Shown here piece by piece: positions 44,917 to 54,780 of a DNA stretch of 64,000 nucleotides (position 1 is its first letter; each line of letters opens with the position of its first letter). Below the pieces are notes generated by a model. It was not told the DNA's origin, did no database searches, and was given only the letters and a program-made list of their open reading frames with translations. The position numbers and the translations under genes are program-made. The DNA is from Candidatus Magasanikiibacteriota bacterium (GTDB lineage Bacteria > Patescibacteriota > Patescibacteriia > Magasanikbacterales > UBA922): the NCBI GenBank assembly GCA_003518365.1, contig DOYU01000021.1:492-64491 (forward strand). Direction: 5' to 3'.

Positions 44917-45627
44917 ATGAGTGAAGAAGTTGTCATACAATTGAAAGATGTCCACAAATCTTATTATTTAGGCAATGGCGAAGAAGTACAGGTCTTAAAA
45001 GGGGTTGATGTAGAAATAAAAAAGGGAGAATTTGTCGCACTCATGGGAGAGTCTGGTGGTGGAAAAACCACGTTACTCAATATTCTAGGATGCCTCCATC
45101 CCCTCTCTTCTGGTACATATTTACTCGAAGGAGAAAATATTGGAGATGTCCGTGATGATGGAACGCTCGCGTTTATCCGTAACAAAAAAATGGGCTTTGT
45201 GTTTCAACAATTCAATTTGTTGTCACGTCTCAGTGCTCTCAAAAATGTGGCATTGCCAAGTCTGTATGCAGGAGTCGACAAAGAAACGAGAAACACAAAA
45301 GCAAAAGAACTGTTAAAACTTTTATCAATGGAAGAAAGAACAGAACACAAACCAACAGAGCTTTCGGGTGGTCAACAACAACGTGTCGCCATAGCACGCG
45401 CGCTGATGAACGACCCTGAAATAATTTTGGCAGATGAACCGACAGGTGCTCTTGATTCAAAAAATGGTTTGGAGATTATGGAAATTTTCAAAAATTTCAA
45501 AAACCAACAAAAGACGGTCGTGATGGTAACGCATACCGCAGAAGTTGCAAAATACGCTGACAGAATTATCTATATGCGTGATGGTAAAATTTTGGATACT
45601 CATTATCAGTTGAAGAGTGAGTACTAA
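44917..45627 (+). CDS. ABC transporter ATP-binding protein (MacB/LolD type)
   Basis: [35 protein letters not shown]. Confidence 0.9.
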   Translation: MSEEVVIQLKDVHKSYYLGNGEEVQVLKGVDVEIKKGEFVALMGESGGGKTTLLNILGCLHPLSSGTYLLEGENIGDVRDDGTLAFIRNKKMGFVFQQFNLLSRLSALKNVALPSLYAGVDKETRNTKAKELLKLLSMEERTEHKPTELSGGQQQRVAIARALMNDPEIILADEPTGALDSKNGLEIMEIFKNFKNQQKTVVMVTHTAEVAKYADRIIYMRDGKILDTHYQLKSEY

Positions 45628-45685
45628 TTTTTTGTGAATATACTAGGTAAAAAATTAGAGTTTACGAGGATCATTTGTTGAACGT

Positions 45686-46894
45686 ATGTTTTTAGAAATA
45701 TTAAAAATGGCAGGTGAAGCACTTTGGTCCAATAAGATCCGAAGTTTTTTGTCAGTGCTTGGTATTATTATTGGGGTGTCTACGGTTATCGTAGTAGTAG
45801 GCATTGGGACTGGAGCAAAAAAACAAATAGAAGAACAATACAAAAATCTGAGTGCGACGACCATCATGGTCATGAAACAGATGGGACGAGATGCTGTTTC
45901 TTCTTCAAAACTGGAAGCAGAAGATGCCACTGTTATTTCTCAAAATATTGAACATATAAAGAGTACCACCGTTTTTATTTCGGGCAACTCAACGGTTGCG
46001 TATGGACAAGAATCTGGTTCAGTAAATACATTTGGTATCTATGATACTTTTTTTGATATAGGTAATTTAGAGCTAGAAGCTGGGAGACTTCTCACTCAAG
46101 AAGATGTGAGTAATAAATCAAAAGTCATTGTCATTGGTTCAGGTGCGTTGACGACACTTTTTGGTGAGGAGGCTGAGACTACTCAAGCGGTCGGTCAATT
46201 TATTACTGTTTCTAATAAAAAAATGGAAATAGTCGGCATCCTCAAAGAAAATGGAGGAAGTGTGATGGGGAGAATGTCTTATGATGATGCGGTGTTTGTC
46301 CCATATACGACGGCTGAAAGTATGTTGGGAAATCAAGCCAACATGATGATTGTGGTACTTATGGATGATGTGGACAATTTGCAAACAGGCATGGATGATA
46401 TTACCACTATCTTGCGAATTCAGCATAAACTCAAAGCAAGTCAGGCTGATGATTTTCGTATTTTTGATCCTGGTTCTATTGTCGGCGCTGCCCAAAGTTC
46501 TGCAGATACCATGTCATTACTGTTGGTATCGATCGCAACGATTGTGCTTATTGTATCTGGCGTCGGTATTATGAATGTCATGTTTGTGACGGTGGCAGAA
46601 AGAACAAAAGAAATTGGTATTGCAAAAGCAATTGGGGCACAAAAACAAGATATCTTGACTCAATTTTTGGCTGAATCAGTGATTTTATCAATTGGGGGAG
46701 GAATGGTAGGAGCATTACTTGGTCAAATCATCATTCCCATTTTGAATACATTTGAAGGTTGGTATGTTGTTCCATCTGTTTCTGGAGTGATATTGTCTTT
46801 TACGTTCTCAGCTATTGTAGGTTTATTTTTTGGATTTTATCCAGCACTCAAAGCAAGCAAACTCGATCCTGTAGATGCGTTGAGGAGTGAATAG
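45686..46894 (+). CDS. ABC transporter permease (MacB periplasmic domain plus FtsX 4-TM)
   Basis: LWSNKIRSFLSVLGIIIGV, a large periplasmic domain, and the C-terminal FtsX motif PALKASKLDPVDALRSE. Confidence 0.88.
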   Translation: MFLEILKMAGEALWSNKIRSFLSVLGIIIGVSTVIVVVGIGTGAKKQIEEQYKNLSATTIMVMKQMGRDAVSSSKLEAEDATVISQNIEHIKSTTVFISGNSTVAYGQESGSVNTFGIYDTFFDIGNLELEAGRLLTQEDVSNKSKVIVIGSGALTTLFGEEAETTQAVGQFITVSNKKMEIVGILKENGGSVMGRMSYDDAVFVPYTTAESMLGNQANMMIVVLMDDVDNLQTGMDDITTILRIQHKLKASQADDFRIFDPGSIVGAAQSSADTMSLLLVSIATIVLIVSGVGIMNVMFVTVAERTKEIGIAKAIGAQKQDILTQFLAESVILSIGGGMVGALLGQIIIPILNTFEGWYVVPSVSGVILSFTFSAIVGLFFGFYPALKASKLDPVDALRSE

Positions 46895-46952
46895 CACATT
46901 TTGATTGATGTATACATATACTTGACTTTTTCTGATATTTCATACAGTATAG

Positions 46953-47013
46953 AAGTATACTTACTTCTCTGGACTTCCGATTTCTACCACAAATTCACAG
47001 AGTATAGTATACT
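46953..47013. promoter_or_regulatory. Two palindromic AGTATACT boxes upstream of hicB (candidate autoregulatory operators)
   Basis: AAGTATACTT at 46953-46962 and AGTATACT at 47006-47013, 52 bp apart centre to centre. Half-site-like AGTATAG motifs lie adjacent to each. Confidence 0.35.
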
Positions 47014-47036
47014 TAAAAAGTACGTAAACATTTTAT

Positions 47037-47354
47037 ATGTGGAACACTATATATCGTTTTTTCTTCCCAGCGCTTTCGCCTGCTGAAATAAAAAAAACAT
47101 ATAATATCCCAAACAAATTTAATCTACGCATCCGATTTACTCCTGATGGTTTTTTTGTCTTGACCTGTGAAGAATTGCCAGGCCTCGTAACAGAGGCAAA
47201 AAATGGCAAAGATCTTATAAGAATGTTTAACGATGCCGTATTATCTTACTATGATGTTCCTAAAAAAATAGGAGATGTGGTCCATGAGAAAATGATTATT
47301 GACGGATACGGAACATTTGTATTGCAGGACAACAAGGTTGTCCAACCAGCGTAA
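47037..47354 (+). CDS. hicB: HicB-like (UPF0150) antitoxin
   Basis: DGFFVLTCEELPGLVTEAKNGKDLIRMFNDAVLSYY fits the HicB N-terminal fold pattern. It is paired with hicA 5 nt downstream. The start codon is uncertain. Confidence 0.6.
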   Translation: MWNTIYRFFFPALSPAEIKKTYNIPNKFNLRIRFTPDGFFVLTCEELPGLVTEAKNGKDLIRMFNDAVLSYYDVPKKIGDVVHEKMIIDGYGTFVLQDNKVVQPA

Positions 47355-47359
47355 ACCAT

Positions 47360-47620
47360 ATGGGGAGGCAAGATTTCAATAGAAAACAATGTATACGAGC
47401 ATTACTAAAACTGGGATTTGTAAAAGATAATAAACGACGTGGGAGTCATGACAAATTCAAGGCACCCGAACATGTATTACAACAAAGACAAGCAAATCAG
47501 CCCCCTTTTATCATGGTTCCAAGGTCAAGACAACTTCACTGCCAGTTGGAAATATTGAAAGAACTATGGGCTTTTGGTGGCGATGCATTTGTGGAAGAAT
47601 TTTTAGGCCATATAAAATAA
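47360..47620 (+). CDS. hicA: HicA-family mRNA interferase toxin
   Basis: RKQCIRALLKLGFVKDNKRRGSHDKF...VPRS matches the HicA/YcfA pattern, including the catalytic GSH. Confidence 0.7.
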   Translation: MGRQDFNRKQCIRALLKLGFVKDNKRRGSHDKFKAPEHVLQQRQANQPPFIMVPRSRQLHCQLEILKELWAFGGDAFVEEFLGHIK

Positions 47621-47630
47621 AAACACAGTT

Positions 47631-47924
47631 GTGTCCTTATTAAGGGGAAAAAACAATTCGAGAACAAATAGAAATATAGTCTTCTTTGTAGTCTCTTTTT
47701 TTATTACATTGAATCTTTTTGGTTACACCGGACCACATATTCTAAATCTAATTTTATACTTAGCTTTTTCCGCGTGGTTGACTATCCCCATATTTTCCTA
47801 TAAAGAAGAAAATGTTGACCTAACAAAGTTAATTATCGGTTACCTTTTGTGGGTCGCTATCCAATATTCCATTGTACTATTTGGCATTGCACCTCCAGAA
47901 GGATCGGGAATCCCTCATTTTTAA
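47631..47924 (+). CDS. Hypothetical small membrane protein (GTG start)
   Basis: ORF-track only. Three hydrophobic segments and no recognisable family. Confidence 0.35.
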   Translation: MSLLRGKNNSRTNRNIVFFVVSFFITLNLFGYTGPHILNLILYLAFSAWLTIPIFSYKEENVDLTKLIIGYLLWVAIQYSIVLFGIAPPEGSGIPHF

Positions 47925-47943
47925 TGATTACCTCCAATAACTT

Positions 47944-48375
47944 ATGGACAAAGAAAAGATTGATTTTGAATTTCTAAAAATTCAAATGGACTCATTGCAT
48001 ACTTCAGTACGTTCTAAATTAGCGATTGTTCCACAAATTGCTGCTTTGTCAGCAACAGTTCTTGTTATAGCAACTTTTAGCGATGAACTTTTACAAATAA
48101 CAGGATTATTTAAAGCATCATTATCAGTATTACTCGCATTAATACCAATATCACTTTTGTTTTATCTAATTGAGGTTCATATATCTATAGATAAAGGTGT
48201 TAAAATTATTGAAGAAATTACTAAAGCTGCGCCAGGAGAATTGATGAAAAAAGTAACAGAGAAGCAACCGAAAAAAATAGTATTATTCAATTTTTTGGCA
48301 AATTACTATCCTTTTTTTGCTACAATTCTGTTATCACTCGTGATAGTCTATACTATTTCCCAAATTTGGTGTTAA
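47944..48375 (+). CDS. Hypothetical membrane protein
   Basis: 143 aa with three or four hydrophobic helices and no recognisable family. Confidence 0.45.
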   Translation: MDKEKIDFEFLKIQMDSLHTSVRSKLAIVPQIAALSATVLVIATFSDELLQITGLFKASLSVLLALIPISLLFYLIEVHISIDKGVKIIEEITKAAPGELMKKVTEKQPKKIVLFNFLANYYPFFATILLSLVIVYTISQIWC

Positions 48376-48386
48376 GGTGACTCTCC

Positions 48387-50183
48387 CTACACCAACCTCC
48401 CCAACTCCCCTTCCATTCCATCAATCTTCTCTTGAATAAGAAGCCACTCCTTCTCTACTCCCTCGAGCTCGTAGGTGATATGATCTACCTGCTCTTTTTT
48501 TATACGTGAAAAACTATTTGGATTTTGTTCAAACCAAACAAACAACTCTTGCTTTTCTTTTTCCAGCTCCATCATCCTCACTTCTGCATCATGCAGATTC
48601 TTTTTTTCTTGCTTGAGTTCCTCTCTGATTTCAATGCGTCGTTCTTTCTTTTCGTTTGGGGTTTTTTCTTCTTCTGCGAGCTCTGGCATGGCGATGTGCA
48701 GACGTTCTTTCAGATGATAAATATAATTTTCATAATCATGAAGCGATCGACGTACTTTTCCGCCACCTACTTCGATAATACTCGTCGCAATATTATTTAC
48801 AAACGTTCTATTGTGACTCACAAAAAGAATAGTGATATTCGTCTCTGACAGAGCTTCAGCAAGAGCTTCAACAGTTTCAAAATCGAGATGGTTTGTCGGC
48901 TCGTCGAGGAGAAGGACATCATTCTTTTGGAGCAAAAGTCCTGCCAGACACAGCCGTGCCTTTTCTCCCCCACTCAGGACAGAAATCGGCTTTTTCAGAT
49001 CCTCGTCTGAAAAAAGAAAATTGCCTGCCATCTGAAAGACATCTTGATCTTTTACCTCTGGACCAGCCATATGCACGAGATGATCACCGACTTGATCTTT
49101 TGGATTGAGCATGTCAGGCACATGCTGAGCATAGTAGCCAATGCGAATATGCACACCAAACTTGTATGATCCTGCAAGTGGCGTGAGTGCTCCGGCAATA
49201 GTTTTGAGAAGCGTAGTTTTTCCTTGTCCATTGTTTCCCACGATTGCCACATGCTCTCCCCGCTCGATGTGAAATGAAATATCACTCGCAACGGTATACT
49301 CCGGATACCCGATCGACATCTCGTGCAGAGAAAGTGCTGTTCCTTTTTTATCAGATACAGAAGGAATCGCTATCATGGCACTGCGACTAGGATTCACGAT
49401 CGTGATCGTCTGCAATTTATGAAGTTGCTTCAATTTTGATTGTGCTTGCGATGCTTTTGATGCTTTGTATCGAAAACGGTCGACAAAGGATTGCAAGTGT
49501 CGTTGTTCTTTTGCAATTTTTTTATTGTACCTGCGTGCAAATTCTTCTTGTTGTTCTTTATAGAGCAGATATGCTTCGAGTGGTTGAGGAAAAAAACTTG
49601 CCTTGCCCTGTGCAATCTCGAGTGTCTCTGTGCACGTACGCTTCAAGAATTCTCTGTCATGCGAGATGAGCAAAAAACTTCCAGAAAAGTTTCGCAAAAA
49701 TTGTTCGAGAAGGAGCAGTGTCGAAAGATCGAGATAGTTTGTCGGCTCGTCGAGCAAAAGCAAGTTTGGATCTTCGAGAAGCATCGCCACGATCTTCACG
49801 CGCATCTGATATCCTCCGGCAAAGGATCCGATCTCGCGCGTGAGTTGTGCTTTTTTCAAATGAAATTGTCCAGCCATCTTTGCACATTCCCATTCTTCCT
49901 TGCCGCTCGAACGCATGAGAAAACCGATGACAGTTTCTGTGAGTTCAAAGGGATTTTCTTGCTGACGCAGATAGCCGATGCGCGCATTCTGATGAATCTT
50001 TACTTCTCCCTCCTCTGCCTCTTCGAGTCCCATGATGATTTTGAAAAGCGTCGACTTCCCCGCTCCATTTCTCCCCACCACCCCAATATGCTGCCCAGTA
50101 GACACGGTCAACGACAAATTATCAAACAAAGGATTGATATCATATGACTTTTTCAGATTTGCGACCTGGAGGAGAATCGACAT
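48387..50183 (-). CDS. ABC-F family ATPase (translation-factor type, Uup/EttA-like)
   Basis: Two cassettes (GRNGAGKST and GNNGQGKTT), two signature motifs (FAGGYQMR and LSGGEKAR), no TM segments, and a C-terminal coiled coil. Start set at ATG 50183. Confidence 0.88.
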   Translation of the reverse strand: MSILLQVANLKKSYDINPLFDNLSLTVSTGQHIGVVGRNGAGKSTLFKIIMGLEEAEEGEVKIHQNARIGYLRQQENPFELTETVIGFLMRSSGKEEWECAKMAGQFHLKKAQLTREIGSFAGGYQMRVKIVAMLLEDPNLLLLDEPTNYLDLSTLLLLEQFLRNFSGSFLLISHDREFLKRTCTETLEIAQGKASFFPQPLEAYLLYKEQQEEFARRYNKKIAKEQRHLQSFVDRFRYKASKASQAQSKLKQLHKLQTITIVNPSRSAMIAIPSVSDKKGTALSLHEMSIGYPEYTVASDISFHIERGEHVAIVGNNGQGKTTLLKTIAGALTPLAGSYKFGVHIRIGYYAQHVPDMLNPKDQVGDHLVHMAGPEVKDQDVFQMAGNFLFSDEDLKKPISVLSGGEKARLCLAGLLLQKNDVLLLDEPTNHLDFETVEALAEALSETNITILFVSHNRTFVNNIATSIIEVGGGKVRRSLHDYENYIYHLKERLHIAMPELAEEEKTPNEKKERRIEIREELKQEKKNLHDAEVRMMELEKEKQELFVWFEQNPNSFSRIKKEQVDHITYELEGVEKEWLLIQEKIDGMEGELGRLV

Positions 50184-50235
50184 ATGCGGACATGCTAGCA
50201 GAAATATGCAGAAAAATCCAGGGAAACAATACAAC

Positions 50236-50262
50236 AAAAAACGCCTTTTGAAAAAGCGTCCT
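50236..50262 (-). terminator. Intrinsic terminator after the Gfo/Idh/MocA gene
   Basis: The reverse strand reads ACGCTTTTTCAAAAGGCGT followed by TTTTTTG. Confidence 0.5.
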
Positions 50263-50276
50263 TTGTAAAAAGTATG

Positions 50277-51302
50277 TTATGAAATTCTGACACTTTCCCC
50301 ACTTTCCATAGACGCATATGAAGCTTCCACAATCTCGAGCGTCGATAAGACTTCATCTTTTGTAATATAGGCAGGAGCATGGTGAAACATCACATCATAC
50401 ATATTTTGGATCACACCAATATGCCCATATCCATAGACCGTATCTGCAGTATCGGGAAATGATACGGCTCGATACGCGTCTTCTCCGAGCCCTTGCCAAG
50501 AAACAATTTCATCCATTGCTTTGCCACCAATTTTGACTGTGGCATGTTCAAAACACATCGTAATACTTCCTTCTAAATTTTCTGGATACGAAATAGTATT
50601 CACCTGACACGATCCTATCACATCATTATGAAATTTTACTTGCAATGAGACGACATCTTCACTCTCCATTGCATGTCCATAATTGCCACCAAACGCAAAC
50701 ACATGTTTTGGTGTAGACTCGACGACATGACACATCATATCGACATAATGAATTCCCTGATTCATGAGCACACCACCTTCCAAATCTTTTTTGCCATGCC
50801 ATCCATCATCATAATAACTTTGTGGACGATACCAAAAACAAGATGCATTGACATATTGCAATGTCCCGACAACATCTCTTTGCGTCTGCAAAAATCGTAC
50901 CGGAGGATTAAATCTATTTTGCATCACAGGCAACAACAATCTGCTATATTCTGTTGCCACATCAAACATATCTTTTGCATCAGAGAATTTCATGGCAAGT
51001 GGTTTTTCAACAATCACATCTTTTCCAGCTTTCATACTATCTATGGCAATCTGCCGATGTGATGCAGGAGGCGTACAGATAGCAATAACATCCACCGTGT
51101 CATCTTGAAGCAACGCCTGATAGTCCGTATACATGCGTACACTTCCGTCTATTGTATGGACCAAGGCATCCATTCTTGCCTGATCAGTATCACAGAGAGC
51201 AACAATGGTTGCGTGTGTTACCGCATGGACAGCGTGAATATAGGTAGAAGCAATACGCCCACATCCAATAAGTCCAATGCGAAGAGATTTGTGTGTTGTC
51301 AT
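50277..51302 (-). CDS. Gfo/Idh/MocA family oxidoreductase
   Basis: LRIGLIGCGRIAS Rossmann motif and the EKPLA motif. Start set at ATG 51302. Confidence 0.85.
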   Translation of the reverse strand: MTTHKSLRIGLIGCGRIASTYIHAVHAVTHATIVALCDTDQARMDALVHTIDGSVRMYTDYQALLQDDTVDVIAICTPPASHRQIAIDSMKAGKDVIVEKPLAMKFSDAKDMFDVATEYSRLLLPVMQNRFNPPVRFLQTQRDVVGTLQYVNASCFWYRPQSYYDDGWHGKKDLEGGVLMNQGIHYVDMMCHVVESTPKHVFAFGGNYGHAMESEDVVSLQVKFHNDVIGSCQVNTISYPENLEGSITMCFEHATVKIGGKAMDEIVSWQGLGEDAYRAVSFPDTADTVYGYGHIGVIQNMYDVMFHHAPAYITKDEVLSTLEIVEASYASMESGESVRIS

Positions 51303-51638
51303 ACGTGTCTCAGTTAAAAAACAGGATCGATATATATCGTACCATATATGTAAAAACTGCATAGGGTGTCTCCTATCTTGGCTTTTTGTATAAAAAAAGA
51401 TAGAATGACCTACTTTTTGATTTGACATCGCTTTTTTGTACGTGATTCTCTCCCGTATACAAAAGCTGGGTCAACTCGACCAAAGAAATACCTCGGAGGA
51501 ATTTCCATGATCAAGTTCATCGTCACCGCCGGGCCGGCGCTGACACCCATGACCCACTCTCTCCGGAGGTGGGTCTGTTGCTTTCTATCGCATTCTATTT
51601 TACTATGAATAGTATAATAACCTTTTAAGCCTTCCCCT

Positions 51639-51995
51639 ATGCCGGAACAACTCCACCACGGCAGCTGCCACTGCGGCGCTGTCGCATACGATGTGACCAT
51701 GTCACTCGACAACACAATCACCTGCAATTGTTCTATGTGCGGACGCGCAGGAACCATTCTTGCGTTTGTGCCAGCAGAAAAATTCACCCTTCTCTCAGGA
51801 GAAGACGCACTCACAAATTATCAATTCAATAAAAAAGTGATTGATCATCTCTTTTGCAGCATCTGCGGGATCAAAGCATTTGGGAAAGGAAAAGACAACG
51901 ATGGGAATGATACCGTTGCAGTAAATGTTCGCTGTCTTGATGGTGTTGATATTGAAAGTCTTTCCCCGTATCAGTACGATGGCAAAAATGTATAA
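51639..51995 (+). CDS. GFA (glutathione-dependent formaldehyde-activating / CENP-V) family protein
   Basis: HHGSCHCGAVAY, CNCSMC and FCSICG zinc-binding Cys clusters. Confidence 0.85.
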   Translation: MPEQLHHGSCHCGAVAYDVTMSLDNTITCNCSMCGRAGTILAFVPAEKFTLLSGEDALTNYQFNKKVIDHLFCSICGIKAFGKGKDNDGNDTVAVNVRCLDGVDIESLSPYQYDGKNV

Positions 51996-52060
51996 GAAAT
52001 CCCCATCGACAAATTACGTTTGCCAACAATGTTCATCATAATGTATGTACATTACAGCAA

Positions 52061-52124
52061 CCCTCTTCCCTTAAGCTGTTTGTCCCGATTTGATCGGGAT
52101 TGGTGACAAAAAGTAAGGGAGGAA
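52061..52124 (+). repeat. Partial third copy of the structured repeat (3' core GGTGACAAAAAGTAAGGGA, with a GTCCCGAT..ATCGGGAT hairpin)
   Basis: Shares CTTCCC..TAA and the 19-nt 3' core with 38730-38860 and 54781-54912. The central hairpin is replaced by GTCCCGATTTGATCGGGAT. Confidence 0.55.
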
Positions 52125-52126
52125 AT

Positions 52127-52158
52127 AAAAAACGTTCGCCATATCAGCAAACGTTTTT
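52127..52158. terminator. Bidirectional intrinsic terminator
   Basis: AAACGTT-13 nt-AACGTTT flanked by an A-run and a T-run, between convergent genes. Confidence 0.55.
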
Positions 52159-52173
52159 ACTATATCATGAATA

Positions 52174-53046
52174 TTATTTCTTCTCCTGCGGAGATTTTGG
52201 GAGTTGTATGTCTGACATCGGCGGTTGCTGCGGCATCTTTTTCATACCGTAGAAAAGAGCGCCAAACATGAACCCAAGGAGAATGATCGAGTATACATAC
52301 GGCACAGGAAAGACCATCAAAAGCATGATGAGCTGCACAATCGTAGGAACGGTCAGTGCATACACACCGATGGTGAACACCTGCCAATAGGTAATAGGCT
52401 TTTTGTCTGCGCGCGCGACCACGTAGACCAGCCATGACATAATACCCAGAAAAAACAATTTCCACATGCCCAGAAAACCGGTAATCACAAGCGCAATAGC
52501 AAGCAAAATCCACGGCATGGCACCCTGAAAAAATGTTGTTAATTTGTCACTCACCTGCTGTCTTGTCACAGAAAAGGAAGGAACATTTTTGATATATTCT
52601 GTTTGGACATTCTTCAAATCCTGATCATAGACTTTGATCAGTTTACTCGTGAGCACGAGCGTTGGTATCTCATCGACAACATCGCCACGCGCGTCTTCGA
52701 TACTCACAGAACTCGTTGTCACGGTATCAACATAGAGGAGCATGGCATCACCTTCTGTACTTTCAAAAATCTGACGATATGGCTGTTCCAATCCTGAAAT
52801 GGATAAGGTGCCATCCTGCACTGATACAGCAACATCTGGTGCATTCTCAGTCACTTCATTCCAATACACCAATGCTTGTGATGGCAAATCTCGGACGAAC
52901 AGATAGCCACCAATCACCACGACAAGAAAAAAGAATATGAAAAAATACGCAAGCGCGCTGCCAAGTTTTTCTCGGTTTGATGCCAGCCAGGTGACATCAT
53001 AACAACTTTTGTAGAAGGCTGTTGCAATATGTTTGAGAAATTTCAT
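52174..53046 (-). CDS. Polytopic membrane protein (DUF1189-like); tentative
   Basis: N-terminus MKFLKHIATAFYKSCYDV followed by a TM segment, an extracytoplasmic loop and four C-terminal TM helices. Family assignment is by pattern only. Confidence 0.45.
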   Translation of the reverse strand: MKFLKHIATAFYKSCYDVTWLASNREKLGSALAYFFIFFFLVVVIGGYLFVRDLPSQALVYWNEVTENAPDVAVSVQDGTLSISGLEQPYRQIFESTEGDAMLLYVDTVTTSSVSIEDARGDVVDEIPTLVLTSKLIKVYDQDLKNVQTEYIKNVPSFSVTRQQVSDKLTTFFQGAMPWILLAIALVITGFLGMWKLFFLGIMSWLVYVVARADKKPITYWQVFTIGVYALTVPTIVQLIMLLMVFPVPYVYSIILLGFMFGALFYGMKKMPQQPPMSDIQLPKSPQEKK

Positions 53047-53130
53047 AATAAATCCTGATATGCGGATAATCCAGATCAACAGATACGTATCCGTGGATCT
53101 GGATTATCTGGATATCCGTATGCTGCTACA

Positions 53131-53157
53131 AACAAAAACACCCCTGTTACGGGGCGT
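53131..53157 (-). terminator. Intrinsic terminator after rpmG
   Basis: The reverse strand reads ACGCCCC-GTAACA-GGGGTGT followed by TTTTGTTTGT. Confidence 0.55.
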
Positions 53158-53166
53158 AGTGTACCA

Positions 53167-53322
53167 TTACTTGGTTTCCTTGTGCAAAGTATGAGTGCCG
53201 CAAGTTGGGCAGAGTTTCTTGAGCTCGAGGCGATCCTTGAGCTTTTGTTTATTTTTTCTAGAAAAATGGTTGATCTGCTTGCACTGCTCACATTGCAGCT
53301 TGATCATCTGTTTCTGTGCCAT
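53167..53322 (-). CDS. rpmG: 50S ribosomal protein L33
   Basis: Not in the ORF track (51 aa). My translation is MAQKQMIKLQCEQCKQINHFSRKNKQKLKDRLELKKLCPTCGTHTLHKETK, with the CxxC...CxxC zinc ribbon of L33. Confidence 0.85.
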   Translation of the reverse strand: MAQKQMIKLQCEQCKQINHFSRKNKQKLKDRLELKKLCPTCGTHTLHKETK

Positions 53323-53449
53323 ATGATTAATTACAGAATGATGTTAGTAGTGCAAAGACTATACAGGATTGCGGGAGATTTGTCAATACACACATAAAGG
53401 GAAGAGCCTCCATTGATTTTTGGCTCTATTATGCTATCCTCTGTCATAT

Positions 53450-54700
53450 ATGAGAGTAGCCATCGTAGGTGGAGGCGCCGCTGGCATGATGTGCGCCGCA
53501 ACTATCGCAGAGGAATATCCACATGTGGAAATCTTTGTGCTCGAAAAAAACGCCTCTCTTGGCAAAAAAGTCATTATTTCCGGTGGTGGGAGATGTAATG
53601 TTACGACCGGTATAGAAGACATTGCATTGGTACTCGAAAAATATCCTCGCGGCAATAAATTTCTCCAATCTGCCATGCATCGATTTTCTCCGAGCATGGT
53701 CTATGCTTGGTTTGAAGCACATGGCGTTCCACTCAAATGTGAAGACGATTTGCGAGTGTTTCCCGTATCAAATAATGGGAAAGATATTGTGGCGGTGTTT
53801 GAAGATATATTTGAAGAAGCAGACGTTCACGTCAAATATAAACACAATGTACAAGATATAACAAAAAAAGAAACAGGATTTGTTCTTTCTTTCAAAGATC
53901 AAAATGATCTCGAGGTAGACAAGGTCGTCATGGCACTCGGTGGACAAGCGTATCGTCACACCGGATCTACTGGCGACGGATATTATATCCTCGAACAATT
54001 GGGACACACAATCACTCCCCTTGCACCAAGTCTCAATTCTTTTTTGACAAAAGAATCCTGGCCAAAAGAACTTTCTGGCCTTTCATTTCAAAAAGCAACC
54101 ATTTTTGTACACGGACAAAAAAAACAATATAACAGTACCGGCCCATTTCTCTTTACCCATACTGGTGTCAGCGGCCCGGCAGTGTTTGCACTGTCTTCTC
54201 GAATTGCATTTCTTGACTATGACAAAACGAATCCACTCGCAATACAGATAGATGTCTTTCCAGACCAGACAGAACAAGAACTTCTTGAAAGACTTCAACA
54301 AACGAGAGAAGAACACATGCAAAAAACATTCAAAAATACGTTACCCCACTTGGTAGCGAAGTCACTTGCAGAAGAAATGTGTATCCAACTCGATATTCCC
54401 CTCGATAAAAAAAATGCCGACATGAGTAAAAAAGAATTGGCACGTATCGCAACATATGTAAAAGGAATACCACTCGAAGTAATTGGACGCGGTGCAGGAG
54501 ATGAATTTGTGACTGCCGGTGGCGTCGAACTCACAGAGGTCGACCCAAAAACAATGGAATCAAAAATATGTCCTGGACTGTACTTTGCAGGAGAAATTCT
54601 TGACGTCGACGGCTATACAGGCGGATTCAACTTACAAGCGTCTTGGGCAACTGGGAATGCTGCGGGTATAGCGATTGGAAGTAATGTGCCATTAGCCTAA
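53450..54700 (+). CDS. HI0933/BaiN-like NAD(P)/FAD-dependent oxidoreductase
   Basis: VAIVGGGAAGMMCA, ISGGGRCN, and the C-terminal GLYFAGEILDVDGYTGGFNLQ. Confidence 0.85.
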   Translation: MRVAIVGGGAAGMMCAATIAEEYPHVEIFVLEKNASLGKKVIISGGGRCNVTTGIEDIALVLEKYPRGNKFLQSAMHRFSPSMVYAWFEAHGVPLKCEDDLRVFPVSNNGKDIVAVFEDIFEEADVHVKYKHNVQDITKKETGFVLSFKDQNDLEVDKVVMALGGQAYRHTGSTGDGYYILEQLGHTITPLAPSLNSFLTKESWPKELSGLSFQKATIFVHGQKKQYNSTGPFLFTHTGVSGPAVFALSSRIAFLDYDKTNPLAIQIDVFPDQTEQELLERLQQTREEHMQKTFKNTLPHLVAKSLAEEMCIQLDIPLDKKNADMSKKELARIATYVKGIPLEVIGRGAGDEFVTAGGVELTEVDPKTMESKICPGLYFAGEILDVDGYTGGFNLQASWATGNAAGIAIGSNVPLA

Positions 54701-54780
54701 ATACCAACAATTTTGGATTTGTCACCATGACCATGACGTCTGACATTAATTTGAATTACGAAAAACATTTCTTCTTATCC

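Noticed and set aside
51410-51814. 134-aa minus-strand ORF spanning the Gfo/GFA divergent intergenic region
   Set aside because: It runs antisense through the start of the well-supported GFA gene and the promoter region. It has no RBS or homology features and owes its length to the local GC-rich patch.
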